Assembly (NCBI RefSeq): GCF_001194135.2
Contig: NC_068987.1
Location: 37,894,128-37,944,578, forward strand
Length of the DNA stretch: 50,451 bases
Direction of reading: 5' to 3'
From: Octopus bimaculoides
Taxonomy: Eukaryota
Both the position numbers and the translations under genes were made by a program. Each line of letters begins with the position of its first letter. Position 1 is the stretch's first letter. The notes beneath the pieces were generated by a model, which did no database searches, had not been told where the DNA came from, and saw nothing but the letters and a program-made list of their open reading frames with translations. This document shows, in pieces, positions 34,620-45,849 of the stretch.

Positions 34620-37193
34620 CTAGCAGTATAGCCCAGCGTTACCCGGGATTAAGTTAGGATTATTAAGCTAATCAATCGCTTTGTTTCAAACCAAACTAAA
34701 TAACACCGACGTCAAAGTTGAGCGAAATCCGTTGAAATTGGTAAACGTTTGGCTGGAAATAAGTTGCAGACAATTTAATTGGGAAATCCATAAGGAATCG
34801 TTTTGTCGATTTTTCCACTCATCGATTTTTTTTCTTTTTTGGAGAATTTAAAGCATTCAAAGATCCCATGATTCTTAAGTAACGCCGGCGTCAAGTTTGA
34901 ACAAAATACGTCAAAACTGGTAAAAGTTATGGTTGAAAATGGTGAGTAGCCAATTTTAGTGGGAAATCCTATAAGGAATCGGTTTATCGATTTTGTATCC
35001 TGATTGAATGGAAAACCCCTTGAGGAATCAGTTTATTGATTTTTCACCCCAAATAGGACTTAACCGAACACAACATTGCTGATTCAAAAAAATCTATATT
35101 TATACTTTAAAGTTGGTTTTCATACCCAACCCAGTTCTGCAGAATCAGTGTAGCGACGGGAATGCATGGGTTGGGAGTTTGACCGGCAGAGGTGATCAGG
35201 TTGNNNNNNNNNNNNNNNNNNNNNNNNNNNNNNNNNNNNNNNNNNNNNNNNNNNNNNNNNNNNNNNNNNNNNNNNNNNNNNNNNNNNNNNNNNNNGGAAA
35301 ATAGAATGCCCAAAAGGGCTCCCGATCCTCTGTGTCAAAAGAGGTTATGTTCGGATCACAACTAAGCCTTAACCTAAGCCTAAGCTAACCTAGCGAAAGG
35401 GGGCCCGAGAGCCTCTAAAAGGTAGCGATTAATCCCGATCTAGTCCTATCCCCGCCTAGGGGTACTATCGGTCAAGGCTGCATCGAAGATTTGCATCAGA
35501 GAAGCTTGCATCGAAAGTTTGCATTGGATAAGGATGCATCGAAGGTTTGCGTTGGAGATCTGCAGTGAAGAAGGTTGACTCAAAGATTTGGATTGGATAA
35601 GGTTGCATTAGAGATCTGCATTGGAGTAGGTTGATTTGAAGGTTTGGATTGGGGATCCGGATTGGAGTAACTTAAGAAAACTTAGCAACAGCCTTAACAA
35701 AAAAATAAGGGGCCTGGCCCTTCTAGCCTAACTCTAATAGCAACTTGTCCAAACACTGATATCAGCCGAGTAAGCATTGTTGTTGGAGAAGTTAGCATTG
35801 TCCAATAAAGAAGAGGGAGAGTCCATGAGTCATGCTGCTATCGTTTGAGAATATGTCCGGTCAATGCTTCCGACTCACCCGTTTATAACCATATCGGCTT
35901 CAATGATGACTTGTTCTTCTTTCTATGTCTATAAAACTTCGCTATAGACAACATTGCATGTTCTGCCCTGAGGAGCATACACAAAAAAAGCATTTCTACT
36001 CCCCACATGGGAGCAGGCCACATAAAGTTGCCCATGTGAAAAGCACGGCTCCCCCAAATGGATGACTGCTACCGATAGTGTTGGCCTTGAGATTTGTTGA
36101 TGGGCAAGGCACTCTACGGATGTTAAACGGCATGTCTGACCCCCGAGGGATAAAGGTGCATCCTTGAAATGAAAACATTTTCTCCCTTCCCGTACCCCCA
36201 TAACAATAAAGTGGGGCGTCAGGGACTTGACTACCAAGCAGGTCCTGTTGCACTGTTTAGGCGGATAAAGCGTGTACTCTTTATCCCATTTGAGTTTTAT
36301 TGAATGATTGTGTAAAATTTTCTTAACAATAGGATATATTGTAAGGCTACACACACACACACGCGCACACACAAACACACACTTGATGTTGTTGTGATGC
36401 GTATACTCTTTATCCCATTTGAGTTGTTGTTTTGAGTGGCAGGAGATAAGTTTCAGCGAACTTGAATAGCATGTTCGAAACTCGTTTCTAATGTTGAAAT
36501 GCCACATATCAAAAAATGCTTTAAATCACATAGGAAGAAAAATGGCTACAGCATGAAGTCATCGATTTGCTTCGACCACCGAGAAAGCAAAAGTACGTAT
36601 GGAGAATTTCATAAACAGAAATGAATAAGAATGTTGTGGCTGAAAATAACAGTCAAATAAAGAATTTAAATATTAAAACAAACAGAAACAAACTAAGAAA
36701 CAAAATGTGCTAGTTATTAATTACATCGTCATTGGGTTTTTCGTTTTCTAATTGAATAAACCAACATTAATCATTTAACATTCAAAATTTCATTTAAAAT
36801 GAAATATATAGAAAAATTAAATATATACATATACTATATGTATACTATATATACATTTCTTTCAGAACGGTTCATCTTTGTTTTTGTTTAATTATACATA
36901 ATTAAAACTATATATACATTTCTTTCTTTCTGTATAATAGTCGCCATTGCAGGGGACTTAACTCATGTTAGCAAACTTGAGAATTTCCCTGACGTGGAAA
37001 TTGGTAAGAGTTATGGTTGAAATCGATTTTTACCGCTATCCCCGGGTGCTACGGGGAAAATAAGTTGACAAAAACACAGCCATGGTCGTGAACAATGGCT
37101 TCCTAAAATGGAAGCGACATGCGTGCTAATTTGTGGACGTGCATAAATTACATTCACGTACACACATACACATCCTGCCTTTTATAGATATAG
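34620..37193 (-). mobile_element. internally deleted Helitron with both canonical ends and PIF1-helicase C-terminus
   Basis: Minus sense A^TCTATATCTATAAAG at 37193; 3' hairpin CCCGG-GTAACG-CTGGG 8 nt before CTAG^T at 34620. 35929-36260 reads PRGSDMPF / TLSVAVIHLGEPCFSHGQLYVACSHVG...VYAPQGRTCNVVYSEVL*. The motif AAATTGGTAA..GTTATGGTTGAAA is shared by both ends. Confidence 0.85.
35470..35663. repeat. 13/15-bp degenerate minisatellite, 14 units, 97-bp higher-order period
   Basis: Unit lengths 15,13,15,13,15,13,13 occur twice; core (G/A)GA..(A)GGTTGCAT(T/C). Confidence 0.85.
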
Positions 37194-37725
37194 ATGAACG
37201 CTGTCACTTACTCTCTCTCTCCCTCACACACTTTCTCTTCACATTTTTTTTGTTAGACGCTGTCAAACTCACTCTCCCTCATACGCACACACACACACAC
37301 ACACACACNNNNNNNNNNNNNNNNNNNNNNNNNNNNNNNNNNNNNNNNNNNNNNNNNNNNNNNNNNNNNNNNNNNNNNNNNNNNNNNNNNNNNNNNNNNN
37401 NNNNNNNNNNNNNNNNNNNNNNNNNNNNNNNNNNNNNNNNNNNNNNNNNNNNNNNNNNNNNNNNNNNNNNNNNNNNNNNNNNNNNNNNNNNNNNNNNNNN
37501 NNNNNNNNNNNNNNNNNNNNNNNNNNNNNNNNNNNNNNNNNNNNNNNNNNNNNNNNNNNNNNNNNNNNNNNNNNNNNNNNNNNNNNNNNNNNNNNNNNNN
37601 NNNNNNNNNNNNNNNNNNNNNNNNNNNNNNNNNNNNNNNNNNNNNNNNNNNNNNNNNNNNNNNNNNNNNNNNNNNNNNNNNNNNNNNNNNNNNNNNNNNN
37701 NNNNNNNNNNNNNNNNNNNNNNNNN

Positions 37726-38250
37726 ATAACAACAGAAAAAAGATGGTATAAACACACGCCAGAAAAGGTCTCAGAAAACGAGAAAGCAACCATACTATGG
37801 GATATACCAATACACACAGATAGAGAAATTAAGGCCAATAGATCAGATATAGTTGTCAAAGATCATGAAGGAAAATAATGCTTTCTAATAGATGTATCAA
37901 TACCAGCAGATGACAACGTTTCCCTAAAAGAATTAGAGAAACTTTCAAAATACAAAGACCTGGAAATAGAGGTAACTCGAATGTGGAATCTAAAAACAGA
38001 ATCAATTCCTATCATAGTAGGCGCGTTAGGTATGATAAAAAATATTCAGACAAATACATAACAAAATCACTAGGACTTACAAATATATATAACATACAGA
38101 AAATTGCACTACTGGGCACTGCACAAATCCTACGCAAAACACTTTCAATACAGTAACCATAAGAGCATCACAGCAAACCACAGCACATACCCAAGGCACA
38201 CAGAGCTGCGCTCGGTAGTGAAGTGAAAGCACGTTATAAAAATAAAACTA

Positions 38251-38321
<71 letters not shown>
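37726..38321 (+). mobile_element. R4/Dong-type LINE 3' end (REL endonuclease, 3' UTR, (AAT)~22 tail)
   Basis: WYKHTPEKVSENEKATILWDIPIHTDREIKANRSDIVV...[10 protein letters not shown]...[17 protein letters not shown]...IPIIVGALG...IQKIALLGTA.ILRK; few lesions. Confidence 0.93.
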
Positions 38322-39900
38322 GTCCAGGTATGTTGAGCTCGTTAGTCTTGGATGGCAATCAGCCTTAGAGAAGGACGACGCTAATTTCAAAGCCAGGGAA
38401 GGAAGGCCTCTTCCACCTTGGAGAGCAACCTTGTTAGAGATGTTGTCTTGATAAAAATACTGGTAATCTAGAAATGCGCCTCATTTATGAGTGTAAATGA
38501 CAAACAAATCAATTAACAATAACGGTGTAAACGATACTGGAGACAATGATGACAGCAGGTGTCCCATTGTGCTCGGTCATAATCCAGCAGCAGCTAACCA
38601 CGCAGTGAGACAAAAGTGGAGTAAATAAGTAAACATGAAAGTTATGGAGTTTTGTTACTATCGGAACATTCCAGTGGATGCAAATGGAATACAAATTAGA
38701 ATTTACAAACAACGAATGCACAGAGAATGGAAAGGAAATGGACTGTTTGAAAGTACAGGACAGATATTATGTGATCAAGAAAGAGCAATACGAAAGAATA
38801 AATGGTTGCCAAAGCTGTATTTAGAAGCAATCAAAAGGAGGATATCTGGGAATGCTGAGCATATGAGAAACGGAAGTGACATAATGGAAGATGTTTCTCA
38901 TAAGAATATATTGCTGTGAGTGGTGAAAGAATCGAGATCAGAAAACAATTAAAGGATCAGATGATAATTAGCGGTCAGATGATAATGAACAAGTGTTTGT
39001 ATCTATTAAACGCAAAAGAGACAGAATTTATGTGAAACTTCAAAGTCTGATCAATAGAGACTAAATCAAGAAACAAGTAAAATCGATAATGTATTGAAAC
39101 ACATTGAAGCAAAGAACATATAAACTCATCAAGGCTGCAAGTAGGACTGTTAAAGAAAGAATAAGATGAAAGATCAAAGAGAACAGAATGTTGACGAAAA
39201 GGAAAGGAAATAAATAACTGTGGAGATTATCAGAAGATATAAACTCTCTAAGCAGGGTAGTATCAATACGTGAGAGGAAACGAAAAGAAGAATTACTGAG
39301 CAGGAATACAAATACCGGTACAAATACCGGTACTCATTTGGGAAGAGTCGCTTCAGACCAGAGACGGAAGCGCTTATCTGTGCAGGGAAAAGCACTCTGG
39401 CCGAATAACACCAAATGCAGGATTGACGGTACAGCAGATTGTGTACTGATAAAGATTAGACTATGTGTCATCTTGTGAATGAGTGCATGAAGCAGGCCCA
39501 AAAGTAATACAAAAGAAGACACGATAATATTGCAAGAATGATTCATTGGGCGCCGTGTGACAAGTATGGACTGGATAGAACAAAGACGTAGTATGGGCAA
39601 ACCCCAAAAGTAGTAGTTGAAAATGACAAGGTAAAAATATTATGAGATGTAATAAGCCAGTGTGATTATGTAACTGAACATAAAAAGCCAGATGAGGTGG
39701 TTGTGAATAAAAAGAAAAAAATTGTTGAATTATAGATATTACATGCTTTGAGAAAGAGAGGAAAAAGTTAGTCAGATATGTTGATTTGAAGTGTGTGATA
39801 AAGTCACTGTATAATTGTTGGAGCTTTGAAAGTACCAAAATTGGAAGCATATACAGAAACGTGTTGCTTGAAACTGCACGAATCCCTCGCTTTGTTACGT
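38322..39900 (+). mobile_element. Dong-type LINE derivative: 5' UTR and N-terminus joined to post-RT region, RT absent
   Basis: ORF 38635-38919 VMEFCYYR...YKQRMHREWK..GLFE.T.Q.LCDQ.RAIRKNKWL; DNVLKHI..LIKAAS at ~39085-39145; then at ~39335 directly PETEALICA...KRRHDNIARMIHW...KVVVENDKVKIL. Confidence 0.8.
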
Positions 39901-40169
39901 TCCCCAACGAAGGTGTTGTGTTAAACAACAACAAAGTTAGAAAATTACTTGATTTATAAAAGACAGGTACTATCATCTATTTATTAATGCTGTATAAATG
40001 ATTAACGTGTACAGAGATAACAAGTATTACTTGATTCAAGGACAAGTAGGAACTGTTTATTAAGTTATAATGATGCTCTTTTAATCATTATTTGTATCTT
40101 CAATAGCACAGTCACATAGTAGCTCCTGTGATTGGGTCCTATCTTATTTACAACTTACATACCATTATT

Positions 40170-40565
40170 TTTTCTTTTATATTTTGTTTCAGTCAATAGA
40201 CTGCGGCTGTACTGGAGCCCCGCCTTGTAGAATTTTTAATCGAATGAATCAACCCTAATCCTTTTTCTAAAATCCTGGTACTTACTGTATCTACACTTTT
40301 TGCCAAACCGCTAAGTTGTGGGAAGGCAAACACACCGATTATCAAGCGGTGGTGGAGGACAAACAAGACATAGAGAAACACGCTTAGATATAGATATAAA
40401 TATATATACGACGGGCTTCCTTCAGGTTCCGTCAATCAGATCCACACAAGTCTTTGTTCGGCTCGTGGCTATAGTAGACGACACTTGTCCAAGATGCCAC
40501 GCAATGGGACGGAACCTAGAATCATGTGATTGGGATGTAAGCTTCTTACCACACAGTCACGCCTG
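40170..40565 (-). mobile_element. SINE family A, full copy
   Basis: Reverse complement of both halves seen at 21974-22330. Confidence 0.85.
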
Positions 40566-40624
40566 CGCCTGATTGGTAATTAATTATTAGACATACACAA
40601 CCTCACACTCACACATAGGCATAC

Positions 40625-40648
40625 TTATACATGCGCAAACATACATAC

Positions 40649-40695
<47 letters not shown>

Positions 40696-40860
40696 NNNNN
40701 NNNNNNNNNNNNNNNNNNNNNNNNNNNNNNNNNNNNNNNNNNNNNNNNNNNNNNNNNNNNNNNNNNNNNNNNNNNNNNNNNNTCTCTTTCCTTTCCCGAG
40801 CGTCCAATAACACTATCCGTATCACGTTTTTTGTTATTGTTTTTTGTGTCTGTTTGAGCT

Positions 40861-40912
<52 letters not shown>

Positions 40913-40927
40913 CATATATACACACAG

Positions 40928-40994
<67 letters not shown>

Positions 40995-41020
40995 TAGAGA
41001 GACAGAGAGGGAGTGAGAGA
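40625..41020. repeat. (TA)n, (TATG)n and (GA)n microsatellites around gap 40696-40782
   Basis: Direct reading. Confidence 0.9.
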
Positions 41021-41445
41021 GGCAGAAATCAATTACATGACAGTCTACATTGACAGAATTACGATACATCCCAACATTTGTACTGAAATTATTTGATATC
41101 GTTTAACTTTGAACATCTAATTCAGAGTTTTATTATTTCTATCTCTCGTTCTTATGGCTTCTATTTTGTCGGGTGGTATTCACAATGACATTGAGTAAAA
41201 TAGGTGACCTCTAACACCCGCTCCTAACTCTTCACTGCTACCCTACTTTTGTTTTTGTTGTTGTTCTGGAGACATGTTGTCTCTCGACACCCCGACTACC
41301 ATCCGTGCTACCATCATCAGCAGCGTTTATTCTATTTCCTGTGGGAATCCGTAATGCTTAAACACTATCCTCCACCATTACAGAAAATCTTCTGTTTTTG
41401 CAAGTGGGTGTTTTAATCTGAAGAAAACTTTCTGTGGGGATGATT

Positions 41446-41620
<175 letters not shown>

Positions 41621-42365
41621 GCTCTTTCAAGGAAACATGTTTTGTAGATAACTATAGCCATATCCGGATCACAGCCGATAGAAGAAAAATTATTTTGTTT
41701 TAACCAACAATTTACAGTTCAAGTAACCATTATTGTAGTATTACAGTATTATGTCGATCCAGACAAATTTTGTTTTTCTATACATAAATACATTATGTAA
41801 AAAAAAAAGCAGTGGTAAGGAAAAGGCAGTAGGGCAGGAACAGATAATGATATCAACAAAAAATGTTGGAGCGAGAAAAAAGAAATGGAAAAGATGAAGA
41901 GAAGGAAGTTCGAGAATGCCAACGTTTACGTCAGTAATTGGTGCACGCCAATGATGACACCCCTGCACAGAATATTCGAAGGCAAGGAAATGAAATTCAA
42001 TGGCCCAGTTTTGGAGAGATGGTCACGAAGCAACGAATGTTTGTTGAATTCGCTTCATGGCGATTTAAGGAACTTCAAATATTTCAAGAATAATTTTTCA
42101 TTGTGCATATGTACAGGCATCAGTTGTGGTCATTGAATGTGATTTATTCTCAGCACTAAACACTTCACCATATTCGATTACAGTTTTCAGTTCAAACGAT
42201 TTCTGCATTGAAAGTCAATAAATATCAGTGGAAATAAATGAGTAAAATAGGGCAATACATCCCAACTGATCAATTTGCATGTATAGGATAATTGTTAGCT
42301 GTCAGTCAATGAAGTACATGAAGTACATAGGCAACAGTAATCTATGAGTAAACTGACAAAAAGAA

Positions 42366-42396
42366 TCACACACATACGCACACACACACACGCACA

Positions 42397-42447
<51 letters not shown>
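42366..42447. repeat. (CA)n microsatellite
   Basis: Direct reading. Confidence 0.95.
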
Positions 42448-42450
<3 letters not shown>

Positions 42451-42989
42451 AATAAAAGGGATCACAATAATGATAATTTTCGGTCCGTGATTCTAGTAAA
42501 CACAAATTTCAAGATTTACACAAGGAGCTGGTGACGAGATTGCTAGTCTGATTACCGATGCACAAACATGCCCTATTCCGAATAGATTTATCCACGACAA
42601 ACTCTATTTACCTATGATACATCATAGNNNNNNNNNNNNNNNNNNNNNNNNNNNNNNNNNNNNNNNNNNNNNNNNNNNNNNGGCTAATTGTCAGGTTACT
42701 ATATTTCCAGCAATTCCTTGACGATGATCCAATTTGGAGACCTTTTGTCAGATTCGTTTTTCGCTTCGTCTCTTTGATAGTCTCGAGCCACGAAAAGGCC
42801 GAGACACGGGGCTTCAATGTCGTTAAGCGTTCACAACCTTCTATGCAATGCAGTAGGAATAAAACCAGCATCGGCGTCCTGTAAAGAATTAGCGGCGAAT
42901 AAAATTGTCCAGGAAAATAATCAGCTAATTTGTTCTTGGAAGTTTCCGGACCAGGATTCATGGATAACTTTCTATGATCCAGCATAGTT

Positions 42990-45845
42990 TGCTTTCTTTC
43001 TCAATTAAGACTATATCTGGCTTCCTACTCTCTATCTCATGGTCGCACTGAATCATAAATCCCACAGGATCTTTGCATTACCATTTTCGATGATGCCTTC
43101 GGAATTGTGGTCGTACCAATTTTTTTTCTGTCAAATCCATACTTGTTGCAAAGTATCCAATGGACAAGCCTGGCTATATTATCGTGGCGCCTCTTATATT
43201 CCTTCTGGACTAGTGGCGTACATTGGCTGGTAATATGCCATACGGTTTCACCATTTTGTCCACAGATTCTGCATTCATCACTTTCTGATGTGTTGTTTAC
43301 TCTATATTTTATGTAGTTTGTTCTTAGTGCTTGCTCTTGGGCAGCACAGATTAGAGCCTCCTTTTCCGGTTTTAAATCACTTTTAGTCATACACTGTCAT
43401 CTTTTTTCTCTGCCTATCTTATCTTCAACATCCCTATGAAATTGTCCATGCATTCTTTTCTTTACCCATCTATTTTCAGTTTCATTCGTTTTTAGTTGCT
43501 TGTACAGTGCTTTATCTTTGCAATCTTTCATCCTACACAAGTTTGACCTTCTTACTTCTAATAATAGCGGTTCTGTGACATTTTTTACATACCATGCTAT
43601 GTTGTTCTAATCCTGTGTTCGCTCTAATTTTGTGTTCACTCTAATTTTGTGTTCGCTTCCAATAAGTTCTCTTCCCCCTCATTTTCTCGGTACATATACT
43701 CTATCTGTGTCACTTTTTGGGTGGAGTGTCCTATATCTAGTTAGCAACTTCCTTGTCTTTCTGTCCAAGTTGTTTAGTTCGTCTACTTTCCATGCGATTA
43801 TCCCTGCTCCATATCTAAGGAGTGAAACCGCCCAGGTGTTGATAGCTTCACTCTTATTCCGTCCGTTTAATTTCGATTTAAGGATCAGTCTCAGTCTGCG
43901 CAAGTACTCCACCATAAATTTTTCTGTCATTTCTTTCTCCATCAATTTATCCCTTTCCAAAATCTCCAAGTACTTATAGCCCGTCTCTTCTATCTGCTTT
44001 ATAACCTCCGCCGACGGTATCGATAGCCCGTCCATACATTTGATTTTGCCTCTCTTCAAGACTAACACACCACACTTTCTCAGTCCGAACTCCATTCTGA
44101 TATCAGCACTGAAAGTATACACCGTATCAACGAGCGAACTGACTTGGGCTTCATCTTTACCATACAGCATGAGGTCATCCATGAATAACAAATGGTTGAC
44201 GTTTTGTTGGCGGCTTTTGAATATATACCCAGCATTTGCTTTCCTCAGAATCAGTGTTAGTGATATCATGCACAGTACAAAGTTCAGTGCGGACAGGTAA
44301 TCCCCTTGGAAGATGCCCCTCCTGATTTCCACTGTCCCTAAACTTCTTCCGTATGCTGTCAGGTCCGTCCTACAATTCGTCATACTTTTTCCAAGCAATT
44401 GCTCAACGTTTTATGCAATACGAAATAAGTTCATACATTTCATTGTCCAAGAGTGTGGTACCATATTGTACGCCTTATGATAGTCGATCCATAACATGGC
44501 TAAGTTACCTTTCCTTTTCTTGCAATCTCTAAGTATAGTTTTGTCTATCAGGAGTTGATCCTTGGTACCTCTGCACTTGCGCTTGCAACCCTTCTGCTCA
44601 TGTGGCAGGACTCCATTTTTTTCCAGATGTTCGTACACTGACTCTGCAAGTATTTCAATCAATAATTTCAACATCAGTGGCAAACAGGATATCGGCCTGT
44701 AATGATCCACCGTATTTCCTTTTTCGATGTTTTTCAGGCACAGCACTGTCCTACCTAATGTCAACCACTCTGGTGTTACTTGATCGTCATTTAACAAGGT
44801 GCTGAGTTGCGCAGCTATTCGTGCATGGCATTCATCAAATCTTTTGATCCAGTAGCCTTGAACTCCATCTGGTCCCGGGGTCTTCCATTTGCTCATTTGT
44901 TTGCAGATTTCCTTCACTTCCCTAACTGAAATGACTAGTTCTGCCTGTTTTAGACAGACCACTGTTTGTTTCAGTTCTCGCAACCATTCAGCATCCTTCT
45001 TGTGCTCCTTGTCTTTGCTCCAGATGTCACTCCAAGACCTTTGACTTTCAATGTTATCTGGTATCAACTTTTCATCTGTACACTCTCCATTTATTTCATT
45101 ATAGAATCTCTTCTCATCTACTCTGAATAACCTATTCTGGTGGTAACCCTTCCCTCTTTCGTCGTATCTTACCATCTTTGCTTTCTTTGCAACGAGGCAC
45201 TGTTTCAGCTCCTCCATTGACACTTTCAGGCCCTTTCTTTCAATATTGTACTTCCTTTTCAGCGCCCTGTACTTTTGTTCGCTTTTAAGCTCCCCTTCCT
45301 CTTTTCGGTCTAACACAGAAATTTCCTTCGAGAGTATATCTAACCCTGCTTGTATTCTTCTTTTCCACCATGGGTCTTTTCTTTTGTCACTCCCATTATA
45401 TTTCTTTTTCTTCACATCAAAACCCATATTTTCTACTACAACAATGCTTGCTGCCTTGATCAAATTATTTGTTTCTGTGATGTTGTTTGTTCTGATGTAT
45501 TTCAGAATATCATTGACATTTTTCGTTTCCTGGTGCAACTTCCATCGGTCAACCTTTTTAAAGTTGCAAATAATGTCGCTATCGTTCTCCTGTAGTCTAG
45601 CCTTTATTTTGTCGTAAATTCTTTTGATCATCTGTTATGTCGCCATTAGTTTTATTGTCTTGTATTAGATCATCTATATGTCTCTCATCAAATAAGCTAT
45701 CACTGCTCCTTTCCTGTGCTATGAGATTACTTCTATAAATAAGAACTGCATTTTCATCGTTACCTCCGCTGCTATTTTCCAAAACCCGTCATTTGATGAC
45801 TTCGAGCTCTGCTTCATGCACCAACGATTTTAGTTGAAGAGCATT
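42990..45845 (-). mobile_element. R4/Dong-type LINE, most of ORF (N-term, RT, CCHC), few lesions
   Basis: ORFs 44411-45631 (WKTPGPDGVQGYW, YRPISCLPL, EQKGC.R..RGTKDQLLIDK, WIDYHKAYNMVPHSW), 43679-44398 (RGIFQGD.LS, LLFMDDL.LY, YKYL, YGAGII.W) and 43037-43390 (EALICAAQEQALRTN..CRIC...ETVWHI.S.C...RRHDNIA). Confidence 0.96.
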
Positions 45846-45849
45846 TAAA

